Assembly (NCBI GenBank): GCA_948465965.1
Contig: CAOJYR010000004.1
Span: 2,734 to 66,733, forward strand
From: an uncultured Mycoplasmatota bacterium
Lineage (GTDB): Bacteria > Bacillota_I > Bacilli_A > RF39 > UBA660
Direction: 5' to 3'
DNA: 64,000 nt
Part shown: in pieces, positions 45,197 to 54,245 of the stretch
How positions within the stretch are numbered: the stretch's first letter is position 1
Layout: every line of letters starts with the position of its first letter
Translations under genes and position numbers: made by a program
The notes under the pieces: model-generated
Seen by the model: the letters and a program-made list of their open reading frames with translations, nothing else
Told to the model about the DNA's origin: nothing
Databases searched by the model: none

Positions 45197-46372
45197 GTGA
45201 TAAATATGAGATATGTTAAGAGAAAAGAGTTAATTTTAATTGTTACATTATTTTTATTGCTTCAGGTTATTTTGCAAATTTTTAATGTTAGGTTAGTGAC
45301 TCAGATTAATTCTGTGTTTTGGATTTTGATCATTTATTATTTATATAGAAATTCTAAAAATAATTATACAAGGTTATCTAGTAGATTTTACCTTGATAAA
45401 ATGGTTATCATTTCTATTTTATATATACTAATTTACTTTAATTTAGGATTTGTATTTGGATTTTCAAAGAGTCATTTTAGTCATACTTTTAGTGGCATTT
45501 TAAGTAACTTTTTTGAGATAATTATTCCAATAATAGGGATAGAATATTTTAGAAATATAGTTATTAATAAGAATAGGTCGAATAAGTTAATTATATGGTT
45601 AGTGACAATTATACTAATTCTTTTTGAAATTAAGTTTAATATGTTGTTATCTAATTTTGATAATAAAGAGCAATTTTTTAAATATATTTGTTCTATAATA
45701 TTTCCTTTGATAGCTAACTCAATTTTATATTCCTATTTAACTTTAAAGGGGCCTTGTATAATTGTTCTAGTATTTAGATTACTTGAGAGAGTATCTATAT
45801 TGTTATTGCCAATAGTTCCTAGTTTAGATTGGTTTATGACAGGGGCTCTGGGTATTATTACGCCAGTTTTGATATATTTATTAATTAAGTATAAATTATC
45901 GAAGCAGGAAGCATATTACAAGGGTAGAACTGGTAAAAAAGATTTTAACAAAGTAAGCTATGTGATTGCTATTACATTGAGTGTCTTTGTGGTTTCCTTT
46001 ATGTTAGGTTTGTTTAAGTATGAGCCTATTGCAATATTGTCTGATAGTATGGTTCCAACGTATAGTAGAGGTGATATTGTTGTATATGAAAAGCTTTCCA
46101 GTGAAGAGCTAAAAAATATTAGGGTGGGGGAAATAATTGTTTATAAGATAGGTAATCAAAATATTGCTCATCGCATTATAAATGTAGATAAGGGGCTAGG
46201 TTCTGTTTTTTATCAAACAATGGGCGATAACAATAATGATCCTGATTTGCGCAAAGTTACACCAGATCAGATTATGGGAGTCTATGTTTTTTCAATGCGA
46301 TATATTGGATTTCCTTCTGTTTGGTTAAATGACTATTTTAGTGAAGAAAAAGCTAAAGTTGAAACAAAATAG
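45197..46372 (+). CDS. Fusion protein: ~250-aa polytopic (about 8 TM) membrane domain + ER/archaeal-type (S26B, SipW-like) signal peptidase I domain
   Basis: C-terminal boxes ILSDSMVPTYSRGD (Ser box, 46040-46051), IAHRII (His box) and MGDNNNDPD (box E). The first ~250 aa are almost entirely hydrophobic helices. The start is GTG 45197 or ATG 45206. Confidence 0.8.
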   Translation: MINMRYVKRKELILIVTLFLLLQVILQIFNVRLVTQINSVFWILIIYYLYRNSKNNYTRLSSRFYLDKMVIISILYILIYFNLGFVFGFSKSHFSHTFSGILSNFFEIIIPIIGIEYFRNIVINKNRSNKLIIWLVTIILILFEIKFNMLLSNFDNKEQFFKYICSIIFPLIANSILYSYLTLKGPCIIVLVFRLLERVSILLLPIVPSLDWFMTGALGIITPVLIYLLIKYKLSKQEAYYKGRTGKKDFNKVSYVIAITLSVFVVSFMLGLFKYEPIAILSDSMVPTYSRGDIVVYEKLSSEELKNIRVGEIIVYKIGNQNIAHRIINVDKGLGSVFYQTMGDNNNDPDLRKVTPDQIMGVYVFSMRYIGFPSVWLNDYFSEEKAKVETK

Positions 46373-46383
46373 AGGTGTTTTTT

Positions 46384-47454
46384 ATGGATAAAAAGGGGAA
46401 TAGAAAAACAACTAAAAAATTTAGCACATTAAGATATGTATTTGTTTTTATTGCTATTATTATGATAGTTGTGGGTATAAAACTAATTTATTTAGGATTA
46501 GATACTAAGGATAGAAAAGATATTTATTATAGCTATGCCTCTAAGAGGAACACTGATTATCAAGTATATTTAAGAGATAATAGTTTTTATGATTCAACAA
46601 TAATGTCTGCTGGTAAACAGTACCCATCCATTCTTATTGATAAGTTTAATGTTAATTTTATATATAATTATAGGGGTAGTGAAAAGTCTGATATTAATTA
46701 TAGTTATAATGTTGTAGCAACATTGATTGGTGAATATAAAGATAGTAGTAACCAGGATGGTTTAGAAGTATGGAATAGAGAATTTGTACTAATAGATAAT
46801 AAATCATTTAGTAAAAAAAATTCCTCTACATTTTCTATTGTTCAGAACTTTGATTTGAATTATCAAGCTTATAATAATTTAGTTTCTTCATATAGAAAGA
46901 GTTATGATTTGAATATAGATGCCTATTTAAAAGTAGTTATGACTATAAATTATAAGATTGATTTGTATAATGGATTAAATAAGGATGTTCGTAATGTTGA
47001 ATATATAGAGATTGATATTCCCCTAAATAATACGGTATCTAAAGTTATTGATAATTATGAACCTAGTGTTTCGAAGAATTTAGCTAATGTTCAAAAAGCG
47101 GGTGTTAAGTTTAATTATTTAATTGTAGGTATAGTACTAATTTTAATATCAGTAGTTATAATAGTTAGTAATCGAAGTACTGAGAAAGAAACAAAAGAAA
47201 CGTTGTATAAGAAAAACATTAATAAGATATTAAAAGAATATGGTGATTTAATTGTTACTGTAACTAATAAACCAGACATTAATAATTTGAAAAAAATGAA
47301 TCTTGCTATTCTCGATGATTTGATAGATGTAGCAGAACAAAATAGATGTAATATTATTCATTATGTATCATCTGCTAATAAACAGAGTATATTAATGGTT
47401 ATATCAGATCGTTATGTATATATTTATAAGGTTACTTCTGATGAGGTAAAATAA
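46384..47454 (+). CDS. Two-TM membrane protein: TM, ~220-aa extracytoplasmic domain, TM, ~95-aa cytoplasmic tail (possibly DUF5305-like)
   Basis: Topology read from the translation (helices FVFIAIIMIVVGIKLIYLGL and LIVGIVLILISVVIIV). GAGGTG RBS. 11 nt downstream of the peptidase gene. Confidence 0.5.
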   Translation: MDKKGNRKTTKKFSTLRYVFVFIAIIMIVVGIKLIYLGLDTKDRKDIYYSYASKRNTDYQVYLRDNSFYDSTIMSAGKQYPSILIDKFNVNFIYNYRGSEKSDINYSYNVVATLIGEYKDSSNQDGLEVWNREFVLIDNKSFSKKNSSTFSIVQNFDLNYQAYNNLVSSYRKSYDLNIDAYLKVVMTINYKIDLYNGLNKDVRNVEYIEIDIPLNNTVSKVIDNYEPSVSKNLANVQKAGVKFNYLIVGIVLILISVVIIVSNRSTEKETKETLYKKNINKILKEYGDLIVTVTNKPDINNLKKMNLAILDDLIDVAEQNRCNIIHYVSSANKQSILMVISDRYVYIYKVTSDEVK

Positions 47455-47567
47455 TTTTAATATGGAGTAATGGTGATAGGAGCAAAATAAATATGCTTCC
47501 TTTTTGTTTTATCTTTTTCGTTTCTGTGGTAAACTATAAATAGAATAATAGTGAGAGAGTGATAATT

Positions 47568-48353
47568 ATGAATGATGAGATAATCTATTGTCCTAGGTGC
47601 GGAGCTAGTATGAAAAATAGTTCTAGATATTGTATGAAGTGTGGAGCTCTTAACTTTGATCATCCTGATAATCAATCTATGAAGCAATATATTAGTGAAA
47701 AAGAAATAAACAAAAGTAATATTGGGTATGCAGATAGTAATAATAATATAGAAAATAAAGTTTTTGTTGGTGGTAAAGAGTTAAAAGAAGTATCTATTGC
47801 CTCTTCACCACAGGTTGAGTCAAAGAATTATAAAGCAGAGATTCTATATATTTTGTTAATATCACTTCTTGCTTTTGGAGCTGTTGCGTTTTTTCTAGAT
47901 CAATCTTTTATGGTGGGAATTTATAGTTTTTTAATTGTTTTTTTCTCATTACTTTCTGTTTTAGCAACTTCTAATATTTATAGGAAGGCAGGGTATTCTG
48001 GATTTACTGTGTTTATTCCATTTTATAACATGTATATTTTATGTGAAATGTTATTTGGCAAAGGGATTTTATTTTTACTTGGATTTGTTCCTATAGTTAA
48101 TATATTTTTTTCGTTTGTACTTCTTTATAAGTTAGGAGAAAAATATGGTATTAATGGTATTTTATCGATTTTATTTGCACCTATTGTGTTACTGGTTATA
48201 GCTTTTAGTGATAGGGTTGTATTTTTAGGTGCTCCTAATCCAAATACAAAAGCTGTAATAACTATTATTGGCCTTTGTTTTATGATTATTTATATTATTT
48301 TGATAGGAATAGCAATGGATAATTTTCTTCATATGGTGAGTTTCTTGAATTAA
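47568..48353 (+). CDS. Zinc-ribbon + DUF5684-like membrane protein
   Basis: N-terminal CPRCG...CMKCG zinc ribbon. The membrane part contains YRKAGYSGFTVFIPFYNMYILCEMLFGKG, resembling the KAG.PGW..(I/L)IP.YN...L motif of DUF5684 proteins. Confidence 0.6.
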   Translation: MNDEIIYCPRCGASMKNSSRYCMKCGALNFDHPDNQSMKQYISEKEINKSNIGYADSNNNIENKVFVGGKELKEVSIASSPQVESKNYKAEILYILLISLLAFGAVAFFLDQSFMVGIYSFLIVFFSLLSVLATSNIYRKAGYSGFTVFIPFYNMYILCEMLFGKGILFLLGFVPIVNIFFSFVLLYKLGEKYGINGILSILFAPIVLLVIAFSDRVVFLGAPNPNTKAVITIIGLCFMIIYIILIGIAMDNFLHMVSFLN

Positions 48354-48424
48354 TTTACTTGATAAAATTAGAAAAAAGGCATATAATAATAACAAATCCA
48401 TAATTAGAACTAATAATAAGATTG

Positions 48425-48585
48425 TTTAATTATAGAGAATTCGTGGTTGGTGGAAACGATATTAAATACTTGTTTATCTACTCTATAGATGAAGATTTTT
48501 CTTCCGGGGAACCGTTATCAAAATAAGTTAAATAAAGGATGGTACCGTGTAGTAATTACACTCCTTGTACTATTCTTTTTTATTT
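48425..48585 (+). promoter_or_regulatory. T-box leader (tRNA-sensing transcription attenuator), probably Ser-specific
   Basis: T-box sequence AAAGGATGGTACCGTG (48535-48550; consensus ..GGGTGGTACCGCG). Stem I candidate tatagag (48431) / ctctata (48481) with an AGAGA element. Downstream hairpin (gtac.gtgta...tacac..gtac) followed by tattctttttt. serS lies in the downstream operon. Confidence 0.7.
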
Positions 48586-48601
48586 TTAAGGAGATGATTA
48601 A

Positions 48602-49537
48602 ATGGTTGATATGCATTATGATATTTTGTCTATTTTATATTATGCTTATTTAAGAGATGATTTTACATATGTAGAAGAGATTAGTAAAAATTACAATTCT
48701 TCTAATGTATCTGGAGTTATTGCGAATCTTTACTTTATGAATGAAGAAGAAATGAGGGAGGAATTGGGAAAATATTATACTGGTGATATTGATGTTTTGA
48801 AAATGTTTAAAATATCGACTGCGTTGTTTAAAAAATATTTTCCCCAGGTAAAGGCTATTTTTAGTATAGAGGGTTGCGACTATATAAAAGATACTTTTGA
48901 GTTGAAGGAATTGTATAAGTTAGGACTTCGTAATCTTTTGCTCGTTTGGAATAATCCTAATAAGTATGGTTCTGGTACTAGAAGTGATATGGGTTTAACT
49001 GATAAAGGACGAGAGTTGTTAATAAAGGCAATTGATTTAGGTATTAGTATTGATTTATCCCATATGAATAGAAAGACTTTTAGTGATGTGGTTGTTCTTT
49101 TAAGGGAACAGAAGGAATTAGGAAAGGATTTAAAAGTAATTGTTAGTCATTCTAATTGTTATGATATATATAATCATGAGCGAAATTTAGATGATGATCA
49201 AATTATGGCTATAAAGGAGTTTAATCCAGTAATGGGCCTTGTCTCCTATGGACCTTTTGTATTTAAATCAAAAGATAAGGATATATTAAAAGATAAGTAT
49301 TTGGAGCATATAGAAAGGGTGGTTTCTATCCTTGGAATTGAATCTGTTGGGATTTCTACAGATGATATGACATTTGCAAATGTGCTTTTTAAGGAAGATA
49401 ATGATGAGATGTTATTTAATTATAGAAATGTTAAAGAAGATTTGACAAAATTACTTAGTAGAAAATATAATAGAGATGAAGTAGAAAAAATATTGTATAG
49501 TAATATTTTTAATAAATTATTTTTAGAAAAGAGGTAG
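48602..49537 (+). CDS. Membrane-dipeptidase (M19, renal dipeptidase)-family protein
   Basis: VDMHYDIL, FSIEGCDYI, NLLLVWNNPNKYG, GLTDKGRELLIKAIDLGISIDLSHM, VSHSNCY..HERNLDDDQ and GISTDDM parallel the M19 motif series. Confidence 0.6.
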   Translation: MVDMHYDILSILYYAYLRDDFTYVEEISKNYNSSNVSGVIANLYFMNEEEMREELGKYYTGDIDVLKMFKISTALFKKYFPQVKAIFSIEGCDYIKDTFELKELYKLGLRNLLLVWNNPNKYGSGTRSDMGLTDKGRELLIKAIDLGISIDLSHMNRKTFSDVVVLLREQKELGKDLKVIVSHSNCYDIYNHERNLDDDQIMAIKEFNPVMGLVSYGPFVFKSKDKDILKDKYLEHIERVVSILGIESVGISTDDMTFANVLFKEDNDEMLFNYRNVKEDLTKLLSRKYNRDEVEKILYSNIFNKLFLEKR

Positions 49538-49542
49538 TATTT

Positions 49543-50832
49543 ATGATAGATATTAAGTTAATAAGAGAAAATCCAGAAATGGTAAAAGAAAACATTAAGA
49601 AGAAATTTCAGGATCAAAAGTTAGTTCTTGTAGATGAAGTAAAAGAATTAGATGAAAAAGTACGTAAGTTAAAAAATGAGGGAGATTTACTTCGTAATGA
49701 GAAAAATAAGTTAAGTAGTGAAATTGGTGTTCTTATGCGTGATAAAAGGGTGGAAGAAGCTAATTCTAATAAAGAAAAAGTAAAGGAAATTAATGAAAGG
49801 TTAGTGTCTTTAGAAAAAGAAGAAGAAGAAATAGGCCAGGCGATAAAAGAAAAAATGATGGTTATTCCTAATATCATTGATGAGACTGTTCCAATAGGAA
49901 AAGATGACAGTGAGAATGTTGAGAATGAAAAATTTGGTGAGCCTGTTGTTCCTAAGTTTGAAGTTCCATATCATGCTGATATTATTGATAAGCTTAATGG
50001 TATTGATAAGGAGGCAGCTGGTAGAACAAGTGGTAATGGTTTTTATTATTTAATGGGTGATGTTGCAAGGATCCATTCAGCTATGCTTTCATATGCAAGA
50101 GATTTTATGATCGATAAAGGTTTTACTTATTGTGTTCCACCTTTTATGATTAGAAGTGATGTTGTTACTGGTGTTATGAGCTTCGAAGAAATGGATGCAA
50201 TGATGTATAAAATTGAAGGAGAAGATTTATTCTTAATTGGAACGAGTGAACATTCTATGATTGGTAAATTTAAGGGACAACTATTAAAAAAGGAAAATCT
50301 TCCATATACGATGACAAGTTACTCTCCTTGCTTTAGAAAAGAAGTTGGTGCTCATGGTATAGAGGAACGAGGCGTGTATCGTGTTCATCAATTTGAAAAA
50401 CAGGAAATGGTAGTTATTTGTGAACCAGAGGAGAGTGTGGATTGGTATAATAAGATGTGGAAATATACAGTTGATTTCTTTAGAAGTTTAGATATTCCAG
50501 TTCGAACTCTTGAATGTTGTAGTGGTGATTTAGCTGATTTAAAAGTTAAATCGTGTGATGTTGAAGCATGGAGTCCAAGGCAAAAGAAATATTTTGAAGT
50601 TGGAAGCTGTTCTACTTTAGGTGATGCTCAAGCACGTCGTTTAGGTATTCGTGCTAAAGGAGATAAAGGCAATTATTATTTACATACTTTAAATAATACA
50701 GTTCTTGCAACTCCACGTGGATTAATTGCTTTTTTAGAAAATAATGTTAATGAGGATGGAAGTGTTAATATACCAGTAGCATTAAGACCTTATATGGGTG
50801 GAGTAGACAAGGTTTTTCCTAAAGGAAAATAG
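49543..50832 (+). CDS. serS: Seryl-tRNA synthetase
   Basis: N-terminal coiled-coil arm and class II motifs (FRKEVGAHG..RGVYRVHQFEKQEM, GSCSTLGDAQARR, HTLNNTVLATPR). Confidence 0.95.
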   Translation: MIDIKLIRENPEMVKENIKKKFQDQKLVLVDEVKELDEKVRKLKNEGDLLRNEKNKLSSEIGVLMRDKRVEEANSNKEKVKEINERLVSLEKEEEEIGQAIKEKMMVIPNIIDETVPIGKDDSENVENEKFGEPVVPKFEVPYHADIIDKLNGIDKEAAGRTSGNGFYYLMGDVARIHSAMLSYARDFMIDKGFTYCVPPFMIRSDVVTGVMSFEEMDAMMYKIEGEDLFLIGTSEHSMIGKFKGQLLKKENLPYTMTSYSPCFRKEVGAHGIEERGVYRVHQFEKQEMVVICEPEESVDWYNKMWKYTVDFFRSLDIPVRTLECCSGDLADLKVKSCDVEAWSPRQKKYFEVGSCSTLGDAQARRLGIRAKGDKGNYYLHTLNNTVLATPRGLIAFLENNVNEDGSVNIPVALRPYMGGVDKVFPKGK

Positions 50833-50851
50833 CTATTGAGGTGATGATTTA

Positions 50852-51352
50852 ATGAATATGAAACAATTGGTACCAACAGTAGTGGAAAAATCAGATTTAA
50901 TTATTGAATATATAACACAGATTTTATCTGATAGTGATAAAGTTAATGGTGATATTGTATTTAGTTATGCCAAAGATAAAGGTAAAGAAAATTGCACCTT
51001 TGACCTATTTGTTTTAAGTAAGGGGTTTGAAAGACATTTTGATAGTGGTATTTCTTTACAATTTAGTAATGTTTTATATGAACAAATATTAAATGATTTA
51101 ATCGATAATTTTATGGAATCTGATACTATGGGAGTTGGAAATTTTTATAGTATTAAAGCAAGTAACGGGCAATTTAATGGAGTTAGTGTATTTAATGAAA
51201 GTGGTAGTAAAATTAATTTAAATTTTAAGTATAGAGATAATAATTTTAGTGAAATTGTTGAAGCTTATAATAAAAAGATAAATGACTATAAAAATAGTGA
51301 GAAAGCTACAATAACACATGTTGGTGATTCTTCGTTACCTAAATTTAGGTAG
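50852..51352 (+). CDS. Hypothetical cytoplasmic protein (166 aa)
   Basis: ORF with a GAGGTGA RBS 19 nt after serS. No motif recognised. Confidence 0.45.
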   Translation: MNMKQLVPTVVEKSDLIIEYITQILSDSDKVNGDIVFSYAKDKGKENCTFDLFVLSKGFERHFDSGISLQFSNVLYEQILNDLIDNFMESDTMGVGNFYSIKASNGQFNGVSVFNESGSKINLNFKYRDNNFSEIVEAYNKKINDYKNSEKATITHVGDSSLPKFR

Positions 51353-51401
51353 ATAGGGTATAAATTTTTTGATTATTTATAATACTAATACTGGTGATCA
51401 T

Positions 51402-51545
51402 ATGAAAGAGGAAAACGAAAGAATACAAACTGTTAAGGTTAATTCTGCAATGTATAATATTAATGTTGATTGTAATTCTAAAGAGGGGAAAATGTTAGTA
51501 GAAGTTGTAGAAAAAGAATCAGGTATGGAAAAACTAGAAGACTAA
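51402..51545 (+). CDS. Possible 47-aa micro-ORF; not in the ORF track
   Basis: GGTGA RBS. The end is embedded in a ctagaaga/tcttctag hairpin. No homology recognised. Confidence 0.3.
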   Translation: MKEENERIQTVKVNSAMYNINVDCNSKEGKMLVEVVEKESGMEKLED

Positions 51546-51555
51546 TCTTCTAGTT

Positions 51556-53070
51556 TTAAAATTTTATGACAACTACATTATTAATTAATTTGATACTATT
51601 ATTATTTGGGTATTCTGCCATATTTTTATATTCATTTGTATTTAAAATGTTATTATAATTATTTATATCTATAAATTCTATGTTTACTCCTAAATATTCA
51701 TACATGTATCTAGTCCAACCATTTTTAATATTAGTATATTCATCCCAAAATAATGACTTATTTGCAACAAAACCATAATTTAATTTATATATATTATTTA
51801 ATTCTGAATTGGTATTATGATTATAATATTTATTATTATTTAGGTTACCTGTAATCATAATTTTTTTGTCATAACCTAGTTCATTTATTTTATCAATAAT
51901 ATTACTGGCTATTTTATATGTTTTATTATAGGTGATCTCTAGTGCTTGATATGTAGTGCTATCTTGTATAATATAGTTTCTAATTAATAGGATTAATAAT
52001 AGAATAGAAATATATTTAAGAATATTTTTATCTTGTAATAAAGATAGGGTAAAGGGCATTACGAACATATAACTAGATGACATTAGTAGTTGCATTTTAC
52101 AGTTTGGTATTATTAATAAGATGAAGTTTATAAATATAGGTGTAATAGCTATTAATAGTATTGTTAATAAAATGTTTTTTATTGATAATTTGTTTTTAAT
52201 AACTGTTTTAATAATGGTTATTAATAGGATTATAAAGGTAAATATATAAATTATATTATTATACACTATAGTGTTATTAACTATTTTGTTAGTAAAGAAA
52301 AATTGATAGAAAGTAATATAGGTTTTTAAGATCATATTTGGCATGTTTATAATGTTTTCTATTCCAAACTGATTTGCTCCACTATAACTACTTAAATTGA
52401 TATGAAATATAAGTAATGATAATTTCATTAATATATAGTAACTTATCATACTTATTCCTATAATCAATAATTGTTTTATAGATTGTTTTAAGTTAAAATT
52501 GTTATTTAAAAGATTATAAATGCTATATAGAATTATAATTGTTAATGATGTTGTTATAAAGGATTGATATATACTCATAGAAATTACTATAGATAATATT
52601 GGTACTATAACTTTTAAATATTTATTATTATAATTTAGAAGATAATATACTCCAAATATGCTGAAGAATAAGGCTGTTATATAAGCAAGAGAGCAATAAT
52701 TAAATAGAAAGATTGAAGATATGTTAGGACATATAGTAATTAATACACAGAGTATGATTTGCAAGGGTTTCTTTTTTATTTTAAAAATATCTATAATCAT
52801 TATATTGATTAAGGATAGAATAAAGAAACTTATAAATAGTTCAATATGTGGTATTACTAAAAATGATTTTAATATTCCAACGATAAATAGTCCAAATCTT
52901 CCCAGGGATATTTCCCAACTATAACCCGAATAATATAGGTTATTTAATAATATGTCTGCTGTTAATATATTTTTTGTATAAAGTGGTAGATGTATAATTA
53001 GGCAAGTTGTAATTGTTAATATTATTATAAGTAAATTATTCTTGTTACATAAGTTTTTTAGTTTTTTCAT
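51556..53070 (-). CDS. Large polytopic membrane protein (12+ TM), GT-C / GtrII-like glucosyltransferase suspected
   Basis: Almost entirely hydrophobic helices with a ~110-aa C-terminal soluble domain. No sharper motif recognised. Confidence 0.45.
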   Translation of the reverse strand: MKKLKNLCNKNNLLIIILTITTCLIIHLPLYTKNILTADILLNNLYYSGYSWEISLGRFGLFIVGILKSFLVIPHIELFISFFILSLINIMIIDIFKIKKKPLQIILCVLITICPNISSIFLFNYCSLAYITALFFSIFGVYYLLNYNNKYLKVIVPILSIVISMSIYQSFITTSLTIIILYSIYNLLNNNFNLKQSIKQLLIIGISMISYYILMKLSLLIFHINLSSYSGANQFGIENIINMPNMILKTYITFYQFFFTNKIVNNTIVYNNIIYIFTFIILLITIIKTVIKNKLSIKNILLTILLIAITPIFINFILLIIPNCKMQLLMSSSYMFVMPFTLSLLQDKNILKYISILLLILLIRNYIIQDSTTYQALEITYNKTYKIASNIIDKINELGYDKKIMITGNLNNNKYYNHNTNSELNNIYKLNYGFVANKSLFWDEYTNIKNGWTRYMYEYLGVNIEFIDINNYNNILNTNEYKNMAEYPNNNSIKLINNVVVIKF

Positions 53071-53114
53071 ATTATCACCAAGTATATTTTATCATATAAA
53101 TTTCAGATAAAGTC

Positions 53115-54086
53115 TTATTTTTTCTTTTTTTGTTTCGAATAGTTTTTATTTTGTATGTATTCTTCTTGGTATACTTCATTAAAAATTTCTTTTATTTTAT
53201 CTATGCTATTGGATGATATTATTTGGTATTTTTGTCCTATTACAGTATTTAGAAATTCATTATAAAGCCTTTTACTAAAGGCTTCAATACTACTAGTAGA
53301 GGCCATTTTTAGGCAGGATTTTTGTATTAATAGGTGTAGGATTTGATTGTATTTATTTTTAGTTTCTGTTAAAGAACTATTTGTAATATTAAGTAATATA
53401 TTTAAATTAGCATTTAGAGTATCAAATATAAAAGAGTCATATATTTGATTAATTAAATTAATATCTTGATGATGTTTAATTAATATTTCTTTTCCTGTTT
53501 TTTCTTTTAGATCCTTTTTATTTATTAATTTTTCTTCAATGTATTTATTTGAAAATATTATATCGTATTTTGAGTAAATAAGTTTATTATATATAGATTT
53601 ATTTTTTTCTGTTTGTATTCTTTTTTCTAACTGATTTAATAGACTTATAGTATAGTCCTTATTTGCTTGGTTTAATATTTTATTTACATTATCATCGATC
53701 TTTTCTTGTGTTACTTTCTTTTCAGATGGTGTTGGATTTATATATGTTTGGTAAATAAAATAGTTTTCAATTCTTTTTGTTAGTTTTCTTATCACATTTT
53801 CATTGTAATTTTTATGTTGTATTCTAAAATAAAATATATTTAAAAACACTTCGATTTCTTCTTCTTTTTTTAGGTTTAGTTTTTCATAAATTTTATTCTC
53901 TACTTCTACTCCTAGTTTTAGATATTCTAAATATTCAAAATATTTTTCAGAAGTGTTTTCTTTTTTTGCGTTTATCAATTCATTGTATATAATTAAGATA
54001 CTATTTGTTATATCTAAAATTCTATCAATATAATTTACCTGTTCAGTATAAAGCATAATCTTCTCCTTATTTATAAAATTTATCAT
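53115..54086 (-). CDS. Hypothetical Lys/Asn/Glu-rich helical protein (323 aa)
   Basis: Long ORF transcribed divergently from the ankyrin gene. No motif recognised. Confidence 0.45.
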   Translation of the reverse strand: MINFINKEKIMLYTEQVNYIDRILDITNSILIIYNELINAKKENTSEKYFEYLEYLKLGVEVENKIYEKLNLKKEEEIEVFLNIFYFRIQHKNYNENVIRKLTKRIENYFIYQTYINPTPSEKKVTQEKIDDNVNKILNQANKDYTISLLNQLEKRIQTEKNKSIYNKLIYSKYDIIFSNKYIEEKLINKKDLKEKTGKEILIKHHQDINLINQIYDSFIFDTLNANLNILLNITNSSLTETKNKYNQILHLLIQKSCLKMASTSSIEAFSKRLYNEFLNTVIGQKYQIISSNSIDKIKEIFNEVYQEEYIQNKNYSKQKKKK

Positions 54087-54245
54087 AACATTATTTTTGA
54101 TTTTTGTATAATTTTTTTATCTTTTTTCAATAATATAAGTAGATAGATGGAAGTGTATATTATTTTGAGAGGATTGGTTTGTTTGACAAAGAACAATGAA
54201 TTTGATAAAATATATAACTGTCATGTGAACAAAGAGGTGTTTTTA

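Noticed and set aside
45197-45950. The IGIEYFRN segment in the N-terminal domain of the signal-peptidase fusion, as a CPBP/CAAX-protease EExxxR motif.
   Set aside because: Only one Glu is present, and I could not find the downstream FxxxH and HxxxN motifs. I therefore made no family assignment.
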